Assembly (NCBI GenBank): GCA_965203515.1
Contig: OZ241907.1
Coordinates: 2,752,001-2,816,000 of the forward strand
Source of the DNA: Spirochaetia bacterium
GTDB lineage: Bacteria; Spirochaetota; Spirochaetia; SZUA-6; Bin103
Length of the DNA stretch: 64,000 bases
Direction: 5' to 3'
The notes below the pieces were generated by a model. It searched no databases, was not told the DNA's origin, and was given only the letters and a program-made list of their open reading frames with translations. Both the position numbers and the translations under genes were made by a program. Positions 56,811 to 64,000 of the stretch are shown here, in pieces. The stretch's first letter is position 1. The number at the start of each line of letters is the position of its first letter.

Positions 56811-57857
56811 ATGATCAAGTACGTAACGGGCGACCTGTTGGCGGCGGAGTGCGAGGCGTTGGTCAACAGCGTCAACTGCGTCGGCGTCATGGGCCGCGGC
56901 GTCGCGCTCGCGTTCAAGCGCCGGTTCCCCGCCAACTTCAAGGCGTACAAGGCTGCCTGCGACTGGGGCGAACTCGAGCCCGGCCGGATGTTCGTGTTCG
57001 AGACCGACGAGCTGATGCCGCGCTACGTCATCAACTTCCCGACCAAGCGGCACTGGCGCGGCCCGAGCCGCCTCGGCGACATCGAGTTCGGGTTGTCAGC
57101 GCTGGTGACCGAGATCGAGCGGCGCGGAATTCGCTCGATCGCCCTGCCGCCGCTTGGGTGCGGGCTGGGCCGTCTCGACTGGAAGGACGTGAAACCGCGC
57201 ATCCATGGGGCGCTCGCGGGCCTGTCCAACCTGGATACGCTGGTGTTCGAGCCGCATTCGTCCCCGGCGCCGGAGGGCGTGCTTCCCGAGATCAAGCGCC
57301 CGCCCATGACGGCGGGCCGGGCGGCGCTGCTGGGTCTGATGCGCCGCTACTTGACAGGCCTGGCGGAACCGTTCGTGACGCTGCTCGAAGTGCACAAGCT
57401 GCTCTACTTCATGCAGGAGGCCGGCGAGCCGCTCCGGCTGCGCTACGTCAAGGCGCCCTACGGCCCGTATGCCGAGAATCTGCGTCACGTCCTGCGGGCT
57501 CTCGAAGGACACTTTATTACCGGCGGCGGCTCGGAAGGCGACCGGACGGACCAGCCGCTGCATCTGATCCCCGGGGCGATCAGGGAGGCTGAGGCATTTC
57601 TGGATCGCGACCCGGCGGCTCGTTCGCGGTTCGATCGAGTCGTCGAACTGGTAGCGGGCTTCGAATCGCCGTCCGGCCTCGAACTGCTGGCCACCGTGCA
57701 CTGGGTCATCGACGAGATCGGCTCCGATAACGTGACGGACGTGATCCGCGCAACGTACGATTGGAGCCACCACAAGAAGCAGTTCACCTCACGGCAGATC
57801 AAGGTGGCGCGTGACACGCTGCGCGAACGCGGCTGGCTGGCGGAAGGGAAGTCCTGA
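56811..57857 (+). CDS. darG: DarG macrodomain antitoxin
   Basis: GDLL, VNSVNCVGVMGRGVA, INFPTK.HW, PPLGCGLG, C-terminal KLLYF.Q...YGPYA...LELLATV. Confidence 0.94.
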   Translation: MIKYVTGDLLAAECEALVNSVNCVGVMGRGVALAFKRRFPANFKAYKAACDWGELEPGRMFVFETDELMPRYVINFPTKRHWRGPSRLGDIEFGLSALVTEIERRGIRSIALPPLGCGLGRLDWKDVKPRIHGALAGLSNLDTLVFEPHSSPAPEGVLPEIKRPPMTAGRAALLGLMRRYLTGLAEPFVTLLEVHKLLYFMQEAGEPLRLRYVKAPYGPYAENLRHVLRALEGHFITGGGSEGDRTDQPLHLIPGAIREAEAFLDRDPAARSRFDRVVELVAGFESPSGLELLATVHWVIDEIGSDNVTDVIRATYDWSHHKKQFTSRQIKVARDTLRERGWLAEGKS

Positions 57858-57893
57858 CTCGTCGCTGAGCCATCGACGTATGCCTGATCCGGC

Positions 57894-58879
57894 TTCGACG
57901 ACGACGTGCGCCTGGAGTACTACCGCCTGCAGAAGATCAGCGAGGGCTCGATCGCGCTCGGCTCGGCTGCCGGGCAAGCCCTGGATGGGCCGACCGAGGT
58001 CGGCAGCGGCGCCGCCCGCGAGCAGGAGGTCCCGCTGTCGCGGCTCATCGATATCGTCAACGAACGGTTCGGTACCGACTTCATCGAGGCCGACCAGCTC
58101 TGCTTCGATCAGCTCGTCGCGGCGGCCGCCGCCGATGACGAGCTGCGGCAGACCGCGGCGGTCAATCCCGCAAGTTCGAGCTGGTGTTCCGCAGCCTGAT
58201 CGACCGCCTGTTCGTGGAGCGGATGGACCAGAACGAGGAGATCTTCGTCCGCTACATGAACGATGCGCCCTTCAGGCAGGTCGTGAGCGAATGGCTGGCC
58301 GCGCAGGCCTACCGGCGGCTCCGGGAGGTTCGGGCCGAAGCGGAAGCGGAGCCGGCGGAGCCCGAACGCTTGCGGATCGTCGCCGGCCGGCCCGAGGAAC
58401 GCTACGTTACTTGCGTGCCCCTGGTCCCCCTGGCGGTGGCCGCCGGCGCGTTCGGCAATCCGCAGACCGTGGCCGCGGAGGATGCCTGGGAGTGGGTGGA
58501 GGTCGATACCGCGCGCCGGCTGCGGCCGGGCATGTTCGTCGCGCAGGTCGCCGGCCGCTCCATGGAGCCGCTGATTCCCGACGGCGCGTATGCCCTGTTC
58601 CGTGCACCGGTGGAAGGCACGCGGCAGGGCAAGACCGTGCTGGTGCAGCTGCGCGGCGCCGTCGACCCGGAAACCGGCGCGCGCTACACGCTCAAGCGCT
58701 ACGCCGGCGAGCGGGTTGCGGACGGCGATTCCTGGCGCCACGCCAAGATCACGCTGCACCCGGTCAATCCCGAATTCGATCCCATCGTGCTCACCGCCGC
58801 GGACGCCGGCGAGCTGACCGTCGTCGCGGAGCTGGTGGAAGTGCTCACCGCCGCGGCCCCGGCGGCTGCACGCGGTTGA
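57894..58879 (+). pseudogene. C-terminal remnant of a type I restriction subunit HsdR fused to an S24/LexA-like peptidase domain, frameshifted at about 58170
   Basis: DDDVRLEYYRLQKISEGSI.L, LS.LIDIVNERFGTDF, NP/KFELVF...[14 protein letters not shown], then [12 protein letters not shown] and YTLKRY. Confidence 0.7.
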
Positions 58880-59009
58880 CACCTGTGCCTCGACTGCCTC
58901 GACGATACCTGGTACGGCAAGAGGCGCCGGTACCGGCAGCGACGCGGGCCAGGGACGTTTCCCGATGAGACTGCTGCACTACCTGGAGATAGCCCGGAGA
59001 GGCCTGCAG

Positions 59010-59048
59010 CGGAGAGGAAGGCGGCGCCGACCGCCGTCTCCCTCTCCG
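59010..59048. terminator. GC-rich stem-loop 3' of the solute-binding-protein gene
   Basis: cggagaggaaggcggcg...cgccgtctccctctccg imperfect inverted repeat with no clear U-tract. Confidence 0.5.
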
Positions 59049-59056
59049 TAAGGCCG

Positions 59057-60646
59057 CTAGCGGCCGGCCCGGTACTGCCGGGTAATCTCGTCCAGCATCC
59101 GGTCGCCGCCGGCGTTGCGCCAGGAGGACACGTAGCCGTCCCAGGCCGCGTCGATGTCGATCTCGCCGGCGATCGCCTTGAAGAAGAACTCGTCCTCCAC
59201 CGCCTTCACGTCCGCCGACAGCACCTGAAACTCCTCGTCCAGCGTCGGCAGAAACCCGAAGTCCAGGGCGGTCTGGTTCTGCACCAGGTAGTTGTTGACC
59301 GGATAGCGCCAGGTGTTGCCGCCCATGTACAGGAACTCCACGCTGGTCGGGACCGCGGTGAGCCGGAAGTACGTGGCGCCGGACTTCATCAGCGACGCCG
59401 GCGAAGTCCAGCCTTCGGCGCGAATCGGGCTGCCGCCTTCATCGTAGTCCCAGTGGGTGCCCCTGATGCCGTAGAACGCCGTCGCGTACACCTCCGTGTT
59501 GTTGTACAGCTCATCCAGTATCTCCAGGATCTTGGCCAGCTTCTCGTCGGACACATCGACGCCGACCGATGACGGGCTCCACACCGCGCTGCGCGAATAG
59601 GTGCCGCGCTGGCCGGACGGCCCCGCCGGCGACACCGCGATCACCGGCTCCACGTCCGGATTGTTCGCCTTGAGCATCCCCCACGCCTGGCTGGTCGATG
59701 GACTGGTGAGTTGCGCGGACCACGACTCGAATGCCCCGATCAGTCCGTTGCCGAACTTCTGGCGCATTTCGGCGCTGTCCGCCACGACGAACTCGGGATG
59801 GATGATCTCCCGCTCATACCATGAGTTGAGAAACTGCAACGCGTCCCGGTAGGCGGTCCTGATCTGCGAGTACTCCAGGTCGTCACCCCGTTCCTCCCAG
59901 GTATTGAGGCGAACGCCGAAGGCTCCCAGTATGTTCGGAAAGAACATCGCGCGGTCGCCGATCGAGCCGCCGCCCTGATACGGCATCAACCCGAACGTGT
60001 CGCGGCGGCCGTTGTCGTCCGGGTCTTCGTTGCGGAACTTGAGGAAGATCTCTTCCAGCTCCGCCAACGAGTCGGGGCCCTCGTGGAAGTAGGTGCCGGC
60101 CACCGGCCGGGTCTCATACCCGATGGCGTCCAGCCAGTCCTTGCGGATCACCATGCCGGGGCCGGCCGCGGCGATCGACAGCACCGCGGGAATCCCCATG
60201 TTCCTGCCGTTCACCATGGTGCGGTGGTACAGAATGTCGCCGCCGAGCTCGAACGCCTGCTGCATGTAGCGGGGCATGTGTTGCAGCAGCATCTCCTCCG
60301 GCACTTCCCGCACGGCGCCGATCTGCACCAGGTCCTCGCGCCAGCGGACGTTGAAATCGGGTATGTCGCCGGACGCGATCCGCACCCGCCACTGATCCTC
60401 CTGACCGTGGGAGATCTCGTAACCCCACGGCTCGATCTCCACGTCGAAGAGCTCTTCCAGGTAGAGCTCGACCGGCGTGTCGCGGTCCAGCAGTTCGCCG
60501 CCCGCGTTGACCCCCAGCCAGGAGATCGACATCCGCTCCTCCGCGGCGCCCTCCTCCGCCTGCGTTCCCGCCGCCCATACGCCCGGCGCGGCGACCAGGA
60601 CGGCCAGCGCGATCGCCAGCCCCCAAGTTGATCTGCGTACTCTCAT
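59057..60646 (-). CDS. Carbohydrate ABC transporter extracellular solute-binding protein
   Basis: Signal peptide ...APGVWAAG, IASGDIPD, IRKDWLD, DPDDNGRRDT, YGIRGTHW. SD GGAGGAG. Confidence 0.9.
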   Translation of the reverse strand: MRVRRSTWGLAIALAVLVAAPGVWAAGTQAEEGAAEERMSISWLGVNAGGELLDRDTPVELYLEELFDVEIEPWGYEISHGQEDQWRVRIASGDIPDFNVRWREDLVQIGAVREVPEEMLLQHMPRYMQQAFELGGDILYHRTMVNGRNMGIPAVLSIAAAGPGMVIRKDWLDAIGYETRPVAGTYFHEGPDSLAELEEIFLKFRNEDPDDNGRRDTFGLMPYQGGGSIGDRAMFFPNILGAFGVRLNTWEERGDDLEYSQIRTAYRDALQFLNSWYEREIIHPEFVVADSAEMRQKFGNGLIGAFESWSAQLTSPSTSQAWGMLKANNPDVEPVIAVSPAGPSGQRGTYSRSAVWSPSSVGVDVSDEKLAKILEILDELYNNTEVYATAFYGIRGTHWDYDEGGSPIRAEGWTSPASLMKSGATYFRLTAVPTSVEFLYMGGNTWRYPVNNYLVQNQTALDFGFLPTLDEEFQVLSADVKAVEDEFFFKAIAGEIDIDAAWDGYVSSWRNAGGDRMLDEITRQYRAGR

Positions 60647-60687
60647 GCACTCCTCCCGTGTGGTGTTCGCCGTTCGACCGGCGGCCT

Positions 60688-61572
60688 TCAACCCTTCAAG
60701 GACCCTACCATGATGCCCTTGACGAAGTATCGCTGAATGAACGGATAGGCGATGATGATCGGCCCGATGCTGACGAACATGGTCGCCGCCTTCACCGTGT
60801 CTTCGGTCAGCGCGGTCATGGCGGTCTCTTCCGAGGCGAGTTCCAGCCATTCGGCGGCCTGGTTCTCGATGAGGATGCGCCGCAACAGAAGCTGCAGCAC
60901 GATCAGATCGCGGCGTCCGGCGTAGATCATGGCGTCGAACCACTCGTTCCAGTGGTAGACCACGGACCACAGGCCGACGGTGGCGATCACCGGCAGCGAC
61001 AGCGGCGCGATGATCTGCGCCAGCAGGGTGAAGATGCCGGCGCCGTCGAGCACCGCGGACTCCTCCATCTCCGCCGGCAGCTCCTGGAAGAAGTTGCGCA
61101 TGATGATGATGTAGAACGCCGAGGCGAGATTCGGCAGGATGAGCACGACCCTGGTGTTGAGCAGGCCCAGGCTCTTGAACCAGAGGTAGGTCGGAATCAG
61201 GCCGCCGCCGAAGAACATCGTGAACAGGATCACCACGGTGATCGTCTTGCGGAACGGCAGCGTCATCTTGGCTATGCCGTAGGCCGCCAGCATGCAGATT
61301 ACCAGCGTCAGCGAGGTCCCGGAAAACGCGCGGATGACGGTGTTGAGGTAGCCGACGGCCACGCTGTCCTTGGAGAAGACTTCCCGGTACGACTGCAGGG
61401 TCACCTCCTCCGGGAACAGCTTGAGCCCCATCCTGATGGCCGCCGCCGGCGTGCTGAACGAATCGACCAGCATCTTCCAGAAGGGATAGATGATCGACAG
61501 GCACACCAGGATCAGGACCACCGGCACGACGTTGTCGATGGCCAGGTCTTCGGCGGTGCGCCGGCGTCTCAC
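60688..61572 (-). CDS. Carbohydrate ABC transporter permease
   Basis: TMFFGGGLIPTY, EAA loop EMEESAVLDGA, YPFIQRYFVKG. Confidence 0.95.
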   Translation of the reverse strand: MRRRRTAEDLAIDNVVPVVLILVCLSIIYPFWKMLVDSFSTPAAAIRMGLKLFPEEVTLQSYREVFSKDSVAVGYLNTVIRAFSGTSLTLVICMLAAYGIAKMTLPFRKTITVVILFTMFFGGGLIPTYLWFKSLGLLNTRVVLILPNLASAFYIIIMRNFFQELPAEMEESAVLDGAGIFTLLAQIIAPLSLPVIATVGLWSVVYHWNEWFDAMIYAGRRDLIVLQLLLRRILIENQAAEWLELASEETAMTALTEDTVKAATMFVSIGPIIIAYPFIQRYFVKGIMVGSLKG

Positions 61573-62492
61573 AGCACCGTTCCGCGCGCGCCGAGGCGTC
61601 TGATCACGTAGTTCACGATGAGCAGCAGCAGCAGCCCCAGGACGTTCTTGCTCACGCCGACCGCGGTGGTGTAGCTGAACTGAAAGTTCACCAGGCCCTG
61701 CCGATAGACGTAGGTGTCGATGATGTCTCCCACCGAATAGACGATGGGACTGTAGAGATTGAAGATCTGATCGAACCCGGCGTCGAAGGTCTCACCGATG
61801 CGGAGCAGGAACAGCACGACGATGACCGGCAGGATGGCCGGCAGCGTGACGTGGCGGATGCGCTGCACGCGCCCGGCGCCGTCGATCTGGGCCGCATCGT
61901 AGAGCTGCGGGTCGATACCGGCGATGGCCGCCAGATAGATGATCGATCCCCAGCCCACGGTCTTCCAGATGCCGGTCACCACGACCGCCAACAGAAAGAA
62001 GAACGGGTCTTTCATGAACACCACGCGCGGCCTGCCGAGCGCTTCCAGGACGTAGTTGACCGGTCCCTCGAACGCCAGGAACGAATGGAACAGGCCGCCG
62101 GCGACGACCCAGGAAATGAAGTGCGGCAGATAGCTGATGGTCTGAATCGATTTCTTCAGGCGCAGGTCGAACACCTCGTTGAGCATCAGCGCGAACAGGA
62201 TCGGCGCCGGGAACACCGTCGCCAACTTCAGCAGGCTGATCACGATCGTATTGCGAAACACCCGCAGGAAGTCGGCGCTCTGCAGCATGCGCTCGAAGTA
62301 CTTGAGGCCGGCCCACTCGCTGCCCCAGATGCCGCCGGTGATGGAGAAGTTCTTGAAGGCCAGCACGATGCCGGCCATCGGCACGTACTTGGCGACCGCC
62401 AGGCAGACCAGGGCGGGGAGGATGATCAGATAGTAGGCCCGGTGCCGATACATCTCCCGGAGCAGGCCGGGCCGCCCGGCGCCTCCGATCAC
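61569..62492 (-). CDS. Carbohydrate ABC transporter permease (LplB/YteP-like)
   Basis: YLPHFISWVV, GWGSIIYLAAI.GIDP.LYDAA.IDGA. Confidence 0.95.
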   Translation of the reverse strand: MIGGAGRPGLLREMYRHRAYYLIILPALVCLAVAKYVPMAGIVLAFKNFSITGGIWGSEWAGLKYFERMLQSADFLRVFRNTIVISLLKLATVFPAPILFALMLNEVFDLRLKKSIQTISYLPHFISWVVAGGLFHSFLAFEGPVNYVLEALGRPRVVFMKDPFFFLLAVVVTGIWKTVGWGSIIYLAAIAGIDPQLYDAAQIDGAGRVQRIRHVTLPAILPVIVVLFLLRIGETFDAGFDQIFNLYSPIVYSVGDIIDTYVYRQGLVNFQFSYTTAVGVSKNVLGLLLLLIVNYVIRRLGARGTVL

Positions 62493-62495
62493 CGG

Positions 62496-63974
62496 TCACT
62501 CCAGCAGGCGGAAGCCGTAGAGTTCACCATCCTGCAGGCGGAAGCGAAGCGCGACCGGACGCCCGGCCGGCAGCCGCTCGAGGCCGCCCCAGGTGACCTG
62601 CTGCCGTACCCCGTCGGCGCGCAGCGGCGCGCAATCGCCGGCGCCGTAGCCGTCCAGGACGGCGCCGTTTCCGTCCAGCGCCTCGACGACCAGGCGGCCG
62701 GCGGAGAGGCCGGCGGAGAGATTGGCGTTGACCGCCAGGCGGCGCCCGTCAGCCGCGAACGGCGCCGTCCGCACCCACCCCTCGAAGGGGCCGGCATCGA
62801 GCGATACGAAGCCGTCGAGGCGCCAGGAGACGCGCCCGATGGAGCACACCTTGGGCGGCAGCGGACCGCCGTGCGTGGTGTTGATCCCGGTGTAGTAGTG
62901 CCACACCTCGTCGCCGTGGATCACCGGGCGGTCCGCCGAGCAGAGAATGCAGCCGGCGTCGAAGCTGCCGCGTTTGCCGCGCGGAATGATCGGCGACCGG
63001 TCGGTGAACCGGTGCCAGTGCAGTCCGTCCCGGCTGTGCGCCAGTTGCGCCTCGATGGGACCGTCCCAGGGGCTCTGCTCGGTACGGAGCTCCGGCGGTC
63101 GGGCGCGCTCGATGGTGGAGTGCAGCACCACGTCGAAGACCGGCAGGAACCCCAGAAACTGGCCGCCGTAGCAGAATCCGGCCATCCCGTAGAACTCGCT
63201 GCGCTGGTCCCGGTCCAGGGTCCAGCGGTCGTCCTGCTCATCGGGCTCCAGGATCGTCCGGGGCGCCGACCAGCGCCGGAAGTCCTGACTGGTCGCAACG
63301 GCGATGAGCCGGCGCTGGAACGGGTCTGTTCCCCAGCGGCGATGGAACGCGAAATAGGCGCCATCCTCCGGCCGCCGGGCCAGGGTGACGGTTTCCAGTA
63401 TCTCGTCTATCTCGTCGCCGCCGGCGAGCACGGGGTTGCCCGGGTACTCCTGCCAATCGATGCCGTCGGCGGAATGAGCGATCCAATAGCCGCGCTGCGC
63501 GCTGCGCCAATCCCAGGCCATCATCCGGTAGCGTTCATCGGGGTTGGGAGCCGTCGGATCGATGACCAGGCTGGGACTGTGCTTGTCGAAGGCGATGATG
63601 TTGTTGGCCCGGGAGCCGTCGAACGGAAACCGGCCCAGGTCGGGCTTCTCCCAATGCAGGCCGTCCGCCGAGGTGGCGTAGAGGATCAGGTCGCCCTGCC
63701 GCTCCCGCATCTCCGGTGAACGGTGCTCGTTGCCCCGGCCGATGCGGCTCAGGTACCACATGCGGAACCGTCCGCTCTCCCGGTCGTGGTGCACGGTGCC
63801 GTAGATGTATACCCGCTTCCCCTCCCACGGACGGTCCGGCGTCAACACCGGCCGCTCCAGCTTCTTGCCGGGATGCAGGGTGCGCACCAAGCCGTGCATG
63901 TCCGTGACGATGCCGTCGTCCACGAAGAGCTGCGGCACGCCGGTCGCCACGGCGGCCGTTCGGTTCGCGTCCAT
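62496..63974 (-). CDS. Putative five-bladed beta-propeller glycoside hydrolase-like protein (GH32/43-clan-like), function unknown
   Basis: Repeated S.DG..W blades (SADGLHW, SADGIDW, SQDFRRW, SRDGLHW) and C-terminal RLDGFVSL. Confidence 0.7.
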   Translation of the reverse strand: MDANRTAAVATGVPQLFVDDGIVTDMHGLVRTLHPGKKLERPVLTPDRPWEGKRVYIYGTVHHDRESGRFRMWYLSRIGRGNEHRSPEMRERQGDLILYATSADGLHWEKPDLGRFPFDGSRANNIIAFDKHSPSLVIDPTAPNPDERYRMMAWDWRSAQRGYWIAHSADGIDWQEYPGNPVLAGGDEIDEILETVTLARRPEDGAYFAFHRRWGTDPFQRRLIAVATSQDFRRWSAPRTILEPDEQDDRWTLDRDQRSEFYGMAGFCYGGQFLGFLPVFDVVLHSTIERARPPELRTEQSPWDGPIEAQLAHSRDGLHWHRFTDRSPIIPRGKRGSFDAGCILCSADRPVIHGDEVWHYYTGINTTHGGPLPPKVCSIGRVSWRLDGFVSLDAGPFEGWVRTAPFAADGRRLAVNANLSAGLSAGRLVVEALDGNGAVLDGYGAGDCAPLRADGVRQQVTWGGLERLPAGRPVALRFRLQDGELYGFRLLE

Positions 63975-63990
63975 GGCCCACAGGGTAACA
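63975..63990 (-). promoter_or_regulatory. Putative extended -10 box for a leaderless transcript
   Basis: TGT-TACCCT-N7-ATG(63974). Confidence 0.5.
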
Positions 63991-64000
63991 CGGCGCGGCC

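Noticed and set aside
58876..59051. TTGACA plus a short ORF MRLLHYLEIARRG...
   Set aside because: It is only 28 codons, runs into the hairpin, and has no clear -10 or family signal. At most it is a gene-start remnant.
60647..61504. 815-aa fusion ORF for the solute-binding protein
   Set aside because: The extension overlaps the permease gene. The SD and signal peptide support a start at 60646.

Overview
This is a very GC-rich bacterial chromosomal segment. It is most likely from a Spirochaetota member, inferred from the ymdB-like/lptCAB/rpoN/hprK/ptsH/lexA/holA gene order and tRNA-Ala(CGC). The core backbone holds leuS, proS, trpS, htpG, gltA, dcd, tRNA-Ala, uvrC, holA, lexA, ptsH, hprK, rpoN and lptCAB. 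Accessory blocks are interleaved with it: (i) a lower-GC defence-like cassette at about 3.56-9.13 kb, made of a coiled-coil/TM gene, a 1508-aa Cap4-like-nuclease/STAND NTPase (Avs-like) and a tightly coupled brnT-brnA; (ii) an allantoin pathway (puuE-alc-allA) beside a urease operon ureABCFGD that lacks ureE and has a His-tailed UreG; (iii) an orphan DUF262-DUF1524 (GmrSD/SspE-type) nuclease; (iv) darT-darG followed by a decayed type I HsdR C-terminus fused to an S24 peptidase-like domain; (v) sugar-acid catabolic gene pairs, a MacB-type exporter and a carbohydrate ABC importer with an unknown beta-propeller hydrolase. Window-wide patterns: many operon-initial genes have a TAnnnT box 5-9 nt before the start codon and no SD (leaderless-type), short tandem duplications are common, and there are several small frameshifts, including a split lptA. 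All family names come from motifs recognised by eye, not from database searches. No CRISPR array, integrase or transposase was found.
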